DNA of 64,000 bases from Rhodospirillales bacterium (GTDB lineage: Bacteria; Pseudomonadota; Alphaproteobacteria; Bin95), in contig JAYQLI010000035.1 of assembly GCA_038143065.1 (NCBI GenBank), positions 2,720,894 to 2,784,893 on the forward strand, given 5' to 3'. A program made the position numbers and the translations under genes. A model generated the notes under the pieces. It had not been told where the DNA came from. It saw only the letters and a list, made by a program, of their open reading frames with translations, and did not search any database. Below are positions 1 to 11,909 of the stretch, one piece after another; position 1 is the stretch's first letter, and every line of letters begins with the position of its first letter.

Positions 1-90
1 TCCTGAGTAATCGAACTCGCAGGCTTGACCAATAACAATTGGCCCGGCTCCGATTATTAAAATTGAGGAAATGTCGCTGCGTTTAGGCAT
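1..90 (-). CDS. carB: Carbamoyl-phosphate synthase large subunit, N-terminus (runs off the window start)
   Basis: Minus-strand translation from ATG at 90: [30 protein letters not shown], the canonical CarB N-terminus; overlaps the carA stop; not in the ORF track. Confidence 0.95.
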   Translation of the reverse strand, partial: MPKRSDISSILIIGAGPIVIGQACEFDYSG

Positions 91-1279
91 TGCCGTCTAT
101 CATCCGAATAAACCGGTCAAACAAGTAGCCGCTATCATGAGGCCCAGGTGAAGCTTCGGGGTGGTACTGAACGGAAAATATTTTCTTGTCCTCCACGCGA
201 ATTCCCTCGTTTGATCCATCAAACAGGCTTATGTGGCTCTCGACGATACCGGGGGGAAGGCTGTCACTTTGGACCGCAAATCCATGGTTTTGACTTGTTA
301 TTTCAACTTTTTGTGTGCCGAGATCTTTTACTGGCTGATTTGCCCCACGGTGACCGATTGGCATCTTTGCAGTTTTTGCGCCTAACGCGGTGGCTAGTAA
401 TTGATGTCCGAGGCAAATACCAAAAATTGGAATTCCGGAGCGAATAAGATCTTGGATTATTGGGGTCGTATACTTTGCCGTCGCGGCAGGATCGCCGGGC
501 CCATTCGAGAGAAAGATCCCATCTGGTTGTAGGGCCAAGATATCATTCGCTGAGGTTGTGGCAGGCACAACATGAACGGCCGAATCTCGATCCGCTAAGT
601 GTCTGAGGATATTGTGTTTTGCCCCATAGTCGATAGCTACAATTTTCCTTTTTGGAGAGGCCATTTTTCCGTAGCCGTCTCCAAGTTTCCAAAGTGTTTG
701 ATCCCAAATGTAAGGTTTTTTGCAGGTTACCTCTTTGGTAAGGTCCATACCCTCCAGCCCTGGCCACTCTCTTGCCTCCAAAATTGCAGAGTTTGTATCA
801 GGTGCCTCGGATGAAGAATGAATAATCACCCCTGATGGTGCTCCACCATCTCTAATACGGCGCGTGAGTTTACGTGTATCGAGCCCTGCAAGGCCAATTA
901 ATTGGTTCTTTTTAAGCCAGCTGTCTAGATGCTCGACAGCTCTAAAATTTGAAGGGTCTGTTGGGTTCATTCGAATAATGACCCCACGGGCAGCAGGGGA
1001 AATTTGTTCCAAATCCTCTGGGTTTACCCCAACAATCCCGACATGAGGAAAGGTGAAAGCAACAATTTGGCCCGCAAATGAGGGATCAGTTAAAGTTTCT
1101 TGATAGCCGGTCATTGCTGTAACGAAACACACTTCGCCGATTTGCCGCCCAACGGCACCAATTCCATACCCGTTGAATACGGTGCCATCATTCAGCACTA
1201 AAGCGCCCGTTGATGCTCGAGCGGTTTCATCGTGCTCGCCTAGTTTAAAAGGCGCCACGTTTTCGGAAGGGGCCACCAT
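83..1279 (-). CDS. carA: Carbamoyl-phosphate synthase small subunit
   Basis: [29 protein letters not shown] (catalytic Cys), [12 protein letters not shown]; ATG at 1279 preferred over 1345. Confidence 0.97.
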   Translation of the reverse strand: MVAPSENVAPFKLGEHDETARASTGALVLNDGTVFNGYGIGAVGRQIGEVCFVTAMTGYQETLTDPSFAGQIVAFTFPHVGIVGVNPEDLEQISPAARGVIIRMNPTDPSNFRAVEHLDSWLKKNQLIGLAGLDTRKLTRRIRDGGAPSGVIIHSSSEAPDTNSAILEAREWPGLEGMDLTKEVTCKKPYIWDQTLWKLGDGYGKMASPKRKIVAIDYGAKHNILRHLADRDSAVHVVPATTSANDILALQPDGIFLSNGPGDPAATAKYTTPIIQDLIRSGIPIFGICLGHQLLATALGAKTAKMPIGHRGANQPVKDLGTQKVEITSQNHGFAVQSDSLPPGIVESHISLFDGSNEGIRVEDKKIFSVQYHPEASPGPHDSGYLFDRFIRMIDGNA

Positions 1280-1470
1280 TTTTCTGGAAAACCTCTCTGG
1301 TGCCCAGCCAAGGCTAGACAATAAGACTCTTGCAAATTGCGGCATTAATAGGCAAATGAAAGGTAGTCGTCAAGATCTTTGATTCAGGTGTTTTTGTTAA
1401 AAATCAATATGTTAGTGCAAGTTTTGCCTAGCGACCAGCAGTCGCAATTAGCGTTTTTTCAGGAGAATTA

Positions 1471-1935
1471 ATGGTGCTAAGAACAGAGCTAAATACTGCG
1501 ATGAAAAATGCTCTGAAGAGTAAGCAAACCGCTGATTTGGCCACCATTCGGCTAATCCTAGCTGCGATTAAAGATCGTGATATCGCAGCTCGGGAGCACG
1601 GAGTGCAAGACGGTGTTGATGACGACTCGATTCGTGAACTGCTGCAAAAGATGATTAAGCAGCGTGGAGAATCGATTACTCTCTATGAACAAGGTGGACG
1701 GGTTGAGCTGGCTGACTCAGAGCGTGCGGAGATCGAGGTTATCAAGCAGTTTTTGCCAAAGCAGCTTGATGCCACTGCTACATTAGACGCGGCTAAGAAG
1801 GCGATTGAATCCGTAGGTGCGGAGGGAATTAAAGACATGGGTAAGGTGATGGCTAGTCTTCGACAAACGCACGGAGCGGCGTTAGACGCTCAAACAGCAG
1901 CTGAAGCTGCGAAGCGTCTACTAACAACAACCTGA
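1471..1935 (+). CDS. GatB/YqeY domain protein
   Basis: IRLILAAIKDRDI, KQRGESITLYEQGGR, DMGKVM; GGAG RBS; usual position between carA and dnaG. Confidence 0.9.
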   Translation: MVLRTELNTAMKNALKSKQTADLATIRLILAAIKDRDIAAREHGVQDGVDDDSIRELLQKMIKQRGESITLYEQGGRVELADSERAEIEVIKQFLPKQLDATATLDAAKKAIESVGAEGIKDMGKVMASLRQTHGAALDAQTAAEAAKRLLTTT

Positions 1936-1945
1936 GCAGCAGAGG

Positions 1946-3748
1946 TTGGTTAGCTATCCCCCTGGATTTTTAGAAGATCTGAAGTCTCGGATCTCAGTTA
2001 GTGATATTGTAAGTCGAAAAGTTAAGTTGACACGCCGTGGCCGCGAGTATGTAGGCCTGTCCCCCTTCAGTTCAGAAAAGACTCCATCTTTTACGGTAAA
2101 TGATGCGAAAGGTTTTTTTCACTGTTTCAGCTCTGGCGAGCATGGTGATATTTTTTCGTTTTTGATCAAGACTGAGGGTCATAGTTTTCCAGAAGCGGTA
2201 GAGACTGTTGCAGAAATAGCTGGGGTTGATGTCCCGAAGGCCTCTCCAGAACAAGTTAAACAGGCGAAACATTCAAAGAGCCTTTTAGAGGCTGTGGCTT
2301 TGGCTGCAAATTTTTTTGAAAATCAGCTTAGTATGCCTGCTGGGAAAAAGGCGCTGGATTATCTTCTGGATCGTGGATTAAAGCATGAGACAATCAAGCG
2401 ATTTAGGCTTGGTTATGCACCAGCTGACCGAATGTCGGTTCTTGCTTTCTTGCGTCGAGAGGGTATTTCCGATGAGCTTGCTGTGGAGGCTGGCCTCGCA
2501 CGACGAGGTGATGACGGATCAATCTATGGATATTTCAAGGATCGCGTGATCTTTACAATTGCCGACGTTCAAGGTCGGGCAATTGGCTTTGGGGCTCGTG
2601 CTCTTGGGGAAGAGCAGCCAAAATATCTCAACTCTCCAGACAACCCTCTCTTTCATAAAGGAGAAACGCTGTATGGGCTTGATTTAGCTCGTGAGCACGC
2701 GCACAAGTCCGGGGAAATGACTGTAGTTGAAGGCTACATGGACGTTATTGCTCTTTCTGAAGCCGGCTTTGCTAATGTGGTGGCTCCTCTTGGAACTGCG
2801 GTTACAGAAGGCCAAATCAAGCGGTTATGGAGGATAGTAGCCGCGCCAACTCTGTGTCTTGATGGCGATGTAGCGGGACAGAAGGCAGCCCGACGTGCAG
2901 CGCTGCGAGCGATCCCAATTCTTGAGCCTGGTCGAACCCTAAAATTTGTACTTTTGGATAGAGGGCGTGATCCAGACGACCTGGTGAGACAGGAGGGCGT
3001 CAGCGCATTACGCGATGCTTTAGGCGAATCTATAAATCTCATTGATACGGTTTTCGAAGACGCTTGTGCCGATATAGATGTCACAATTCCAGAAAATCGT
3101 GCGGCCGTGGATAAAAATCTTCATGAACTAGCTCGTAGCATCCAGGATGAAACCGTTAGACTTTATGTTCGCGATGCTTTTAGAGATCGTTTGTCTAAGG
3201 CTTTCCGTCCTCAGAGACCCGCTGGCTTTAAAAAAGAATGGAATAATTCTCAGAAGAGCCAATCATCAAGTGCCATACTTCCCCGTCCAAAATTACCAAT
3301 TGCAGCGGTTGGTCATGGATTGCGAGAGGCCAGACTTCTATATGGGTGTTTGTTAAGGCCAGATGTTGCTGAAGGATTTGCTGAAAGATTGGCATTGTTG
3401 GATTTCCAAGATCCTGAAATGAATCGTATCAGAGCGCACTTAGTCGCAGCCTTTTCTAGTGAATTAGCTATTGACGAAGCTAGTCTAAGAGGCTCATTAC
3501 AAGCACAAGGGTTAAGTCACGCGTTGCGCCAAATGGATTTGGCCGTTCGTCGGCGCCCTACTGCCCTAGTGGGCGACGCCGTAGACGCGGCACAGTGGTT
3601 GGAATTATCAATCTCGGCGATCGAGCAATCGGATGCTGATCGGAGCCTGCGCGAGCGTGCTCAGATCATAGGGTCCGAAGACGATGTTGCCGCGGACGCT
3701 ATTTCTTCAGAAACAGCGGCGAGGTACTATTCGGTTGACGGGCAATAA
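1946..3748 (+). CDS. dnaG: DNA primase
   Basis: SPFSSEKTPSF and FHCFSSGEHGD zinc-ribbon region, PKYLNSP, VEGYMDV, DGDVAG TOPRIM, DPDD. Confidence 0.97.
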   Translation: MVSYPPGFLEDLKSRISVSDIVSRKVKLTRRGREYVGLSPFSSEKTPSFTVNDAKGFFHCFSSGEHGDIFSFLIKTEGHSFPEAVETVAEIAGVDVPKASPEQVKQAKHSKSLLEAVALAANFFENQLSMPAGKKALDYLLDRGLKHETIKRFRLGYAPADRMSVLAFLRREGISDELAVEAGLARRGDDGSIYGYFKDRVIFTIADVQGRAIGFGARALGEEQPKYLNSPDNPLFHKGETLYGLDLAREHAHKSGEMTVVEGYMDVIALSEAGFANVVAPLGTAVTEGQIKRLWRIVAAPTLCLDGDVAGQKAARRAALRAIPILEPGRTLKFVLLDRGRDPDDLVRQEGVSALRDALGESINLIDTVFEDACADIDVTIPENRAAVDKNLHELARSIQDETVRLYVRDAFRDRLSKAFRPQRPAGFKKEWNNSQKSQSSSAILPRPKLPIAAVGHGLREARLLYGCLLRPDVAEGFAERLALLDFQDPEMNRIRAHLVAAFSSELAIDEASLRGSLQAQGLSHALRQMDLAVRRRPTALVGDAVDAAQWLELSISAIEQSDADRSLRERAQIIGSEDDVAADAISSETAARYYSVDGQ

Positions 3749-3844
3749 ACGCGTTTAGAAATAACACCGCTCCGACGAGGCATTTCAGGCGAGTGTTACA
3801 GTTATAGTTTGTGTTTCGGACCAATTGGTGTGAGTCGAAAGATC

Positions 3845-5870
3845 ATGGCGAAAGCAGCAGCAAAAGCACAATCAAATTCAAAAGCAGCGCCTTCCAAGCG
3901 AGGGCGTGCTGAAAAGAAAGTATCCGCGCCAGAGGAAAGTGCGGATAGACTTCAGCTTGATGAAGCCGCGGCAGTTAAAAAACTTCTTGCCGCTGCGAAA
4001 GAACGTGGTTCAGTCACTTATGACGAGCTTAATGAAGCTTTGCCACCGGACCAAGTTAGCTCCGAGCAAATTGAAGATGTTATGGCAACCCTCTCAGAAA
4101 TGGGTGTCAATGTCGTAGAAGATGAAGAGCCTGATGATCTTCAGGAAGACAGAGACTCTTCTCAGGATGATGATGACGAAAACGAAGGTGGAAAGAGCCC
4201 GCGATCTGGCAACATCGCTGATGATGATATTGGGCGCACAGATGACCCAGTTCGTATGTATCTTCGGGAAATGGGATCAGTTGAGCTCCTGTCGCGCGAA
4301 GGTGAAATAGCCATAGCAAAACGTATTGAGGCCGGTCGTGAAAAGATGATCGGTGCTCTGATGTCGAGCCCATTGACCGCAGCCACCATCTTAGAGTGGC
4401 GTGAGTCACTTAAGGACGGTTCATTATTGCTGCGAGACATCCTAGACCTCGATGCTTCCATGGGAGGACAGCAGGTTGATAACAGTCAGACTGCTTTGAA
4501 CACTGATGGATCTGAAGAGGGGAAAGCTGCCAAAGCGGATGACGACAGCGAGAGTAATGAAGAGTCAGATGGTGAAGATGATGAAGATGATGAAAACGAC
4601 GCGGTAAATCTCTCTCTGGCTGCAATGGAAAGAGCCCTCCTTCCAGAATCTGAGGAACGGCTAGGTAAAATACATAGAATTCATAAGCGTCTAGACAAAG
4701 CGACTGCGGCTCGGATGGAAAGTTTCGAAGCAGGTGAAAAAGCTGATGCGGCATCCGAAAAGCGCTTCCAGAAAGTTCGACTGGAAATGCTGGAGGTTTT
4801 GGGTGATGTGCGTTTGAATAACATGCGCATCGAGCAGCTAATGGAGCAGCTTTATGATCTGAACCGTGAAGCGGTACAAATTGAAGGCCAGGTTCTGAAG
4901 CTTGCAATGAGTTCAGGTGTAAAGCGAGACATATTCATTAAGGAATGGCGCGGACGTGAAACTGATCCAAAGTGGATGAGGTCCGTAAGCCAAAAGGTTG
5001 AGTTTAAAAAAATTCTGCAAGAATCATCAGGAAGAGGTGAAAGATCTTAGAGCCAGTCTTTGGCTCATTTGCAGAACGGTTCAGATGCCTTTCAATGAGT
5101 TTAGAGAGCTGGTGACATTAGTTCAGCAAGGGGAGCGTGAAGCTGCCCGAGCAAAGAAAGAGATGGTAGAGGCTAATCTCAGACTAGTGATTTCGATTGC
5201 CAAAAAATATACAAATCGTGGCCTGCAATTCTTGGACCTGATCCAAGAAGGTAACATTGGTTTGATGAAGGCTGTCGATAAGTTTGAGTACCGTCGCGGT
5301 TATAAGTTCTCTACTTATGCCACTTGGTGGATCAGGCAGGCAATAACGCGATCTATTGCAGATCAAGCGCGCACGATCCGCATCCCTGTTCATATGATTG
5401 AGACGATTAATAAGTTGGTTCGAACAAGTCGTCAGATGCTTCATGAAATTGGGCGAGAACCTGTTCCTGAAGAGTTGGCGGTAAAGCTTGGAATGCCATT
5501 AGAAAAGGTCAGAAAGGTTCTGAAAATTGCCAAAGAGCCTATTAGTTTGGAAACACCCGTTGGTGATGAAGACGATAGTCATCTTGGCGATTTCATAGAA
5601 GATAAGAACGCTATACAGCCGATAGATAATGCTATTTTGTCAAATCTCAGGGACTCAACAACTCGGGTGCTTTCGACACTGACGCCTCGGGAGGAACGAG
5701 TTCTTCGGATGCGATTTGGTATTGGTATGAATACTGACCACACACTTGAAGAAGTAGGGCAGCAGTTTTCGGTTACCCGTGAACGTATTCGCCAAATCGA
5801 AGCTAAGGCTCTCCGAAAGCTCAAGCACCCAAGTCGCAGTCGGAAAATGCGTAGCTTCTTAGACATCTGA
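3845..5870 (+). CDS. rpoD: RNA polymerase sigma-70 factor (one apparent indel at the A7 run 5006-5012)
   Basis: Region 1.2 [13 protein letters not shown] in ORF 3809-5050; regions 2-4 ([38 protein letters not shown]) in ORF 4998-5870; joined by a +1 shift. Confidence 0.97.
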
Positions 5871-5901
5871 CATTAGCCTAAGTAACTTTTTGATTGTTAT
5901 C

Positions 5902-6957
5902 TTACCGGGTGCTCCGTTGGAGCACTCGGCCAAGGACGCTAGCCATTATAACAACTACAAAAATTCGTCCCATATGATGCACTGCTACAAACGGAGCTTC
6001 GATACCTAGAGCAAGAGCAATTAAGCTCATCTCAGCGAAGCCACCAGGAGAATAGGAGAGGTGCACGGCGCGAAAATCTAGATTGAGAGTGAGCGATATC
6101 GCATATGCGACTGCTGCAGCCATCAGTAACACCAAGAGCGTAGCGAGTGCACTCAATGCTACAGGTTTGACAAGCTCATGCGGCTTTGAACCTGCAAAGC
6201 GAGCTCCCGCACCTGAGCCAATTACAATCTGTGCAAATGCTACCAATTCCTGAGGGGGTGTTGCGGAAGTGATATTCGCGGCGTGTATAGCGGCGCTTGC
6301 AAACATAGACCCACACATTTGCCAGGCTGGTAAGCGCAGAACCTTTGCGAGTAGAGCGCCTCCGAAACCTGCGATGCCGAGTATAGCAAGATCATAAAGG
6401 TTGGCATCAGAGATGCCACCCTTACTTCCAAGGTTCGGAGCGGGAACATAACCTTCCATAAGAGCATAGGCAGGTGGCACGCACGCCATAACCATAACAA
6501 TTCTTGTAGCATGCGTTAAGACAATCGTTTTTTCATCGGCGCCTAAAGCAGGTCCTAAAATAGCCATTTCCCCTAAACCACCAGGGGTGGCACAGAACAG
6601 AGCCGTATTCCTGTCAAATTTTCCGAAACGATTGTAAAACCAGGCAACGGCGAGGGTAGCAAATGTCACAAATGCTATCATGCCTGCAAAGCTGCCACCC
6701 CATAATACCATGTGGTCCAGTGTTTCAGGACCAAAACAGCTACCGAGCATTACACCTAGAACTATTATCCAAAGTCTTCTGAAAAGCTGGGGTACTTGTA
6801 GAGGTAATCCTATCATAGAGCCAATCATCGTAGCACTGAGAGCGCCAAGCATCCATGGAAGTGGTGTACCAAGGCGGGTGAATAACCAACCGCCAGAAGC
6901 GCCGATTATTAGAGTTAGCCCTAATTGCGGCCAATAAGATTTGCTACACTTTTTCAA
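5902..6957 (-). CDS. AbrB family (AbrB/AmoA-like) membrane protein
   Basis: Two repeated hydrophobic halves with PLPWMLG / LPAWQMCG and PGGLGEM / PGGFAEM motifs. Confidence 0.85.
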   Translation of the reverse strand: MKKCSKSYWPQLGLTLIIGASGGWLFTRLGTPLPWMLGALSATMIGSMIGLPLQVPQLFRRLWIIVLGVMLGSCFGPETLDHMVLWGGSFAGMIAFVTFATLAVAWFYNRFGKFDRNTALFCATPGGLGEMAILGPALGADEKTIVLTHATRIVMVMACVPPAYALMEGYVPAPNLGSKGGISDANLYDLAILGIAGFGGALLAKVLRLPAWQMCGSMFASAAIHAANITSATPPQELVAFAQIVIGSGAGARFAGSKPHELVKPVALSALATLLVLLMAAAVAYAISLTLNLDFRAVHLSYSPGGFAEMSLIALALGIEAPFVAVHHMGRIFVVVIMASVLGRVLQRSTR

Positions 6958-7739
6958 CTCTGGAATTGCTCTTTGAGTACTCGCTCTTCCAGGTCGTGCT
7001 CAGGGTCAAATAACATTTTAAAGGCATGAGTTGGATCTTCACTGATTTCGACACGAGTAACATCTCGCGCCTCAGTATAATCCGCTACAGCTAAAACTGG
7101 CCGTTTTTCAGGGTCTAAAACATCAAATACAACTTTGGCTTGGGATGGTAGTAAGGCGCCGCGCCAGCGCCGAGGTCGAAACGCGCTAATTGGGGTCAGG
7201 CAGAGAACTTCGGAGTTGAGAGGTACAACCGGTCCATGAGCTGAAAGGTTGTAGGCTGTACTGCCCGCAGGCGTTGCAACCAAAGCGCCATCACAAACAA
7301 GCTCTGGAAGACGTTCTATTCCATCAACCGTTATACGTATTTTGGCGCTTTGGCGAGTTTGGCGCAGCAGAGATACTTCATTGATTGCAAGAGCTTCAAC
7401 AACTGAACCGTCAGAATTAATTGCTGTCATTCGTAATGGTGTTAGATCGACCGCTTTAGCATCAGCAATCCTCGCGACAAGATCATTCTCTGAATAAGAG
7501 TTCATCAAGAAGCCGACAGTACCTCGCTGCATACCAAAGATGGGAACATTCCTAGCCGAATTGCCATGCAACGTTTCTAACATAAAGCCGTCGCCACCTA
7601 GTGCAACGATGACGTCTGCATCTTCGGGCTGCACATGGCTATATTTGGTCTTGAGCGCCTTTAAACTCCGTTGCGCAGCTGGTGCCCCAGAAGCGAGGAA
7701 TGCTAGCTTTGTCAATTTATCATTCAAAATTCTGTTCAC
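6954..7739 (-). CDS. nadK: NAD kinase
   Basis: [34 protein letters not shown]. Confidence 0.95.
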   Translation of the reverse strand: MNRILNDKLTKLAFLASGAPAAQRSLKALKTKYSHVQPEDADVIVALGGDGFMLETLHGNSARNVPIFGMQRGTVGFLMNSYSENDLVARIADAKAVDLTPLRMTAINSDGSVVEALAINEVSLLRQTRQSAKIRITVDGIERLPELVCDGALVATPAGSTAYNLSAHGPVVPLNSEVLCLTPISAFRPRRWRGALLPSQAKVVFDVLDPEKRPVLAVADYTEARDVTRVEISEDPTHAFKMLFDPEHDLEERVLKEQFQS

Positions 7740-8779
7740 CCACCTGTGACGCTCATGTGCCTGCCTACAGACTTAGCGCCTTGTCTGCGATCGATAACAA
7801 AATCGTGACCTTTTGGTTTCCTTTCGATAGCATTATGTATCGCTTGCTTTAATGCCATATCATCATCGCTAGCTCGAAGTGGGCTGCGCAGATCAGCGTC
7901 ATCGTCTTGCCCTAGGCACATGAAAAGTGTCCCAGTACATGTGAGCCTTACTCGATTGCAATCCTCACAAAAATTATGAGTTAGAGGTGTAATAAAACCG
8001 ATTCTCTGGCCAGTTTCCTTAACATCAAAATATCGGGCTGGTCCGCCTGTCCGATGGCTGCTCTCTTCAAGTGTGAAGCGTTTTTGTAATCGGGAACGAA
8101 CAAGGCTTAGAGGCAAATACTGGTCAAGCCGTTCTTCTCCCCCAATATCGCCCATCGGCATGACTTCTATTAGGGTCAGATCAAAACCTTCCTCACCACA
8201 CCATGCTAGCATATTTTCTATTTCATCATCATTAACGCCCTTGAGTGCAACGGCATTAATCTTAATTGCTAGTCCTGCACGTTTGGCAGCCTCAAGGCCA
8301 CCAAGCACCTGTTCCAGACGCCCCCACCGGGTAATGTTTTTAAATTTTTGGTGGTCCAAGGTATCCAAAGATACGTTTACTCGTCGGACCCCGGCATCAA
8401 CGAGTGCAGGTGCAAAGCGCTCTAGCTGGCTTCCATTTGTTGTTAGCGTTAACTCCTCAAGTTTACCTTGGTCGATTAGTTGACCTAAATTGTTGATAAG
8501 CTGCATCACATTACGGCGCACCAATGGCTCGCCGCCGGTTAAGCGGAGCTTTCTAACTCCTAAATCTACGAAGGCTCGGCAGACTCGCTCTAGCTCTTCT
8601 AGGGTCAGAAGGTCTTTCTTCGGTAAGAAAGACATGTTTTCTGACATGCAATAGACACATCTGAAGTCACAACGGTCAGTGACTGAAACGCGCAAATACG
8701 AAATTGCACGTCCGAACGGGTCAATTATAGGTTTGCTGGTCATGGGCAATTCTGTCAGAGACATTGTCTCTTTTGGCAT
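7736..8779 (-). CDS. moaA: GTP 3',8-cyclase (molybdopterin biosynthesis radical SAM enzyme)
   Basis: [30 protein letters not shown]-terminal MSVTGG. Confidence 0.97.
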   Translation of the reverse strand: MPKETMSLTELPMTSKPIIDPFGRAISYLRVSVTDRCDFRCVYCMSENMSFLPKKDLLTLEELERVCRAFVDLGVRKLRLTGGEPLVRRNVMQLINNLGQLIDQGKLEELTLTTNGSQLERFAPALVDAGVRRVNVSLDTLDHQKFKNITRWGRLEQVLGGLEAAKRAGLAIKINAVALKGVNDDEIENMLAWCGEEGFDLTLIEVMPMGDIGGEERLDQYLPLSLVRSRLQKRFTLEESSHRTGGPARYFDVKETGQRIGFITPLTHNFCEDCNRVRLTCTGTLFMCLGQDDDADLRSPLRASDDDMALKQAIHNAIERKPKGHDFVIDRRQGAKSVGRHMSVTGG

Positions 8780-8852
8780 CTTTCTGTTTGATTGTAATCA
8801 GTAAATCACGGAAACCTTCATATCGCTACTAAATGAGAGATCGACAAGAGGA

Positions 8853-9425
8853 ATGTGCAAAAAGGTTTTTGGCATAGTTCTGGCTGGTGGTCATGGTCGC
8901 AGGCTTGGAGGGATAGATAAGGCTACACTTCAAATTGGTGGTTGTTCAACACTCAGTCGAGCCAAGCGCGTCTTATCCTTTGCTGATGCAATTGCTGTAT
9001 CCGGAAGGGAAGGAGAAGGCGTACCTCGTATTGATGATAAAATTAAAAATAAAGGACCTTTGGCTGGGATTGCGGCCAGTCTTGCTTGGGCAGAAGAAGG
9101 AGGCGCTGAATGGTTGGCGACGGTGCCTACGGATATGCCATTTCTAGCTTCAGCCCTTTACGTAAAACTCCTCAATGCTGCGGATGGTAGTGATTTGGCT
9201 GTTGCAAGAGTAGAAAATCGCCGACATTGGCTGGTGGCTGTATGGTCAGTTAAGCTTGCGCTTGCTGCGCAGGAGGCACTGAGAGGCGATGATCTTAGTA
9301 TTGCCCATTTTGCTAGAATGCTTCGTACACGTGAGCTGATTATTCCACATGGAAATCAAATGTTTTTAAATATTAATACGAAAGCTGATTTGGAGCTCGC
9401 ACAAGCGCAAGTTGAAGCTCCTTAG
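8853..9425 (+). CDS. mobA: Molybdenum cofactor guanylyltransferase
   Basis: LAGGHGRRLGGIDKA, GPLAGI, PTDMPF, NINT; divergent from moaA. Confidence 0.88.
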   Translation: MCKKVFGIVLAGGHGRRLGGIDKATLQIGGCSTLSRAKRVLSFADAIAVSGREGEGVPRIDDKIKNKGPLAGIAASLAWAEEGGAEWLATVPTDMPFLASALYVKLLNAADGSDLAVARVENRRHWLVAVWSVKLALAAQEALRGDDLSIAHFARMLRTRELIIPHGNQMFLNINTKADLELAQAQVEAP

Positions 9426-9565
9426 ATCGTGGATATCGTTATAACCTTCAATATTGGGTATACGCATCGCTTGGATTGCTTGGTTCCCATATTTGTAACT
9501 CGTAGTTCATAAAATTTCGAAAAATTGAGGTAGGCGTCTTATCAATGAAGAATTATGGCGAAGGA

Positions 9566-10799
9566 TCATTCATGTTTGCCAATGATACCGCGCTCTTCGA
9601 GATTAGCAATTTGTTGGTCGTCCAAGCCAAGCCGCTCCTTAAGGATCAATCTATTATGTTGTCCAAGTGTCGGGGGAGCTTCAAAGGCCCGAAGTTGGGA
9701 GCTGGAAAAATTTAGAGGCGATCCTAAAACACGTATCTTGCCAGCAGTTGGGTGGTCCACTTCTTCAACCATTCCCCGCGCTGCAATTTCATCTGATTCT
9801 AGTGCTTCGCCAAGTGTGCGAACGGGTCCTGCAGGAAGGTGGCGCATTCGCTTCAGCCATTCTTCCCTCGGCTTCGTTTTAAATATATCGGCCAAGATTT
9901 TGAAAAGCTCAGGCCGGTTTTTCAATCTATCTGAGGGTTCTTTGAACTGAGGATCGGTAACTAGGTCAGGGCGCTCAAGCACGTCTTCGCACAATTGCCG
10001 GTATAAACGGTTTGTTCCCAGGGCCATGTAAAGAGGACCGTCCGCAGCATAGAATAAATTAGTTGGTGTAGACGTCATGTGGGAATTTCCAGCACGCTTT
10101 GGCTGATCTCCAGAACAAAGATAGAAAAGACCCGCATTACCTAAAGCTGCAACGGCCATATCCATTAGAGCTAAATCTATACGTTGTCCTTTGCCTGATT
10201 TATTTCTAGCGAGTAGTGCAGCACAAATCGCTCCTACAGACTGTAGACCAGTCATGGTATCTACCAGACTTAGGGCATGACGCATTGGTTCGCCTTCAGG
10301 TTCGCCGGTTAAGGACATCATTCCTGATTCTGCTTGCAATACTGGATCAAAACCTGGTCTATCCCACATGGGACCAGTCTGGCCGTAAGCTGACACTGAA
10401 AGATAAATCAATTTGGGAAATTTATGTTTAAGGCTCTCGAAGTCGAGGCCAAATTTCTTCATTACGCCGGGTCTGTAATTTCTCTACTAAGACGTCTGTA
10501 TCTGTGAGCAGATCTAAGATTATTGCCTTTCCATCTTCGGTACGTGGATCAATTGATAAGCTTTGTTTTGAGCGATTAAATGCTAGGAAAAAGTGAGCTT
10601 GGCCGCCGGCACTAGGGGTGCTCATGCGGCGTGTGTCATCTCCGCCGTCTGGGTTTTCAATTTTGATAACCTGCGCCCCCATGTCAGCAAGCTGCTGGGT
10701 GCAAAGTGGGCCTGCAATAATGCGTGAAAAATCCAGCACGCGGATGCCTTCAAGTGGTGGAGGCTCTGTTGCGGCTAAAATATTCTCTGGTGCGGTCAT
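9566..10799 (-). CDS. Family III (CaiB/BaiF) CoA-transferase, 4th of a tandem array (indel near 10480)
   Basis: DFSRIIAGP, NRSKQS in ORF 10428-10799; removing one base restores VENYRPGVMKKFG into ORF 9566-10462; GFDP and catalytic Asp in SLVDTMTG. Confidence 0.9.
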
Positions 10800-11909
10800 T
10801 GGTTGTGCTTCCAGAGGTCTAAGAGATTTGGTCCTCCAGTGTTGAGTGCCGGTGCCGGTGCCGGATCTGCAATAGGTGTATCTCGAAATCTCAGTGGATT
10901 ACGAATTGATGGAACGCCACCTCCCTGCTTTTGGGACACTATCAAGCCGCGCTGAGTAGATTCCTTGGCGCTTATTGCCTCGTTGATGTCTCGAATTGGC
11001 CCTCCTGGTACGCCACCGCTCTTCATCTTTTGGATCCATTCGTCACGAGATTGGCTCTTGAATAGTGGTACTAGAATTGCCAACAAAGCAGATTGATTGG
11101 ATACCCGGATCAGAGTTTGTAACAAAGCGCGGGTCTTCAGCGAGCTCTGGCATTTCAATCATATTTTCGACAAAGCGTTTCCAAACCCGCTCACCCGCAA
11201 CGGTCAATTGGAATTCTCCATCTGCTGCTTGAAATACCCCAAGAGGTGCCGCCGCCGGACTGTTGTTTCCAAAGCGAGTAGGCCTGACACCATTTACGAG
11301 ATATTGGGTGGCATAATGATATGATAGCACCACGCCTTGGTCATAAAGTGCTATGTCGATGTCTTCCCCAGCGCCGTCATCCTCGCGTGCAATCAGAGAA
11401 GCTAACATTGCATGCGCAGCGCTTGCGCCTGCGCCTTGCGCGATCATAGGTAAACCTGTTCGAACGGGAGCAAAGTCTGGGCGACCATTGATTGCTAGGA
11501 AACCAGACTCTGCCTGCAAGGTCACTTCATGATGTTCGGGCGATTCAAAATCTTCTCCATAAGGTGTTATCCGTGCAACAACGAGAGAATCTGGGCCTAT
11601 CTGTCTTGCTATTCCCATATCAGTCCCATCGATGCAGCCATCAGCTGCGGCAAGCAGCTCTCTCAAGGTTTCTTTTCCAGCAGTTTTAGTGACATCTAAA
11701 ACTAACGATGATTTACCGCGATTTAGAGCATGAAATATGCCCGGGGCGCCCAATATATTTGGACCAGGCCATTGACGGATAGCATCACCCCCAGGAGCTT
11801 CCACTTTAACTACCTCAGCACCAAGATCGGAAAAATTCCGACCGGCAAATGCAACTGCTGGCCCCTCGCCAATTTCAACTATACGAAGTCCTTCTAGTGG
11901 CCCCGTCAT
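10796..11909 (-). CDS. Family III CoA-transferase-like protein with degenerate active site, 3rd of the array (indel near 11107)
   Basis: DLGAEVVKVEAPGGD, NRGKSS, QAESG, DPRFVTN; ORFs 11043-11909 and 10796-11158 join as TNSDRVSNQS; Asp position reads PMIAQGAG. Confidence 0.85.

Noticed and set aside
4530-4600. GAT/GAA-rich repeat-like tract
   Set aside because: Encodes the ordinary acidic linker of RpoD
4998-5050. Programmed -1 frameshift in rpoD at TTTAAAAAAA
   Set aside because: The join needs a +1 shift (one extra A), and similar homopolymer indels occur throughout the window
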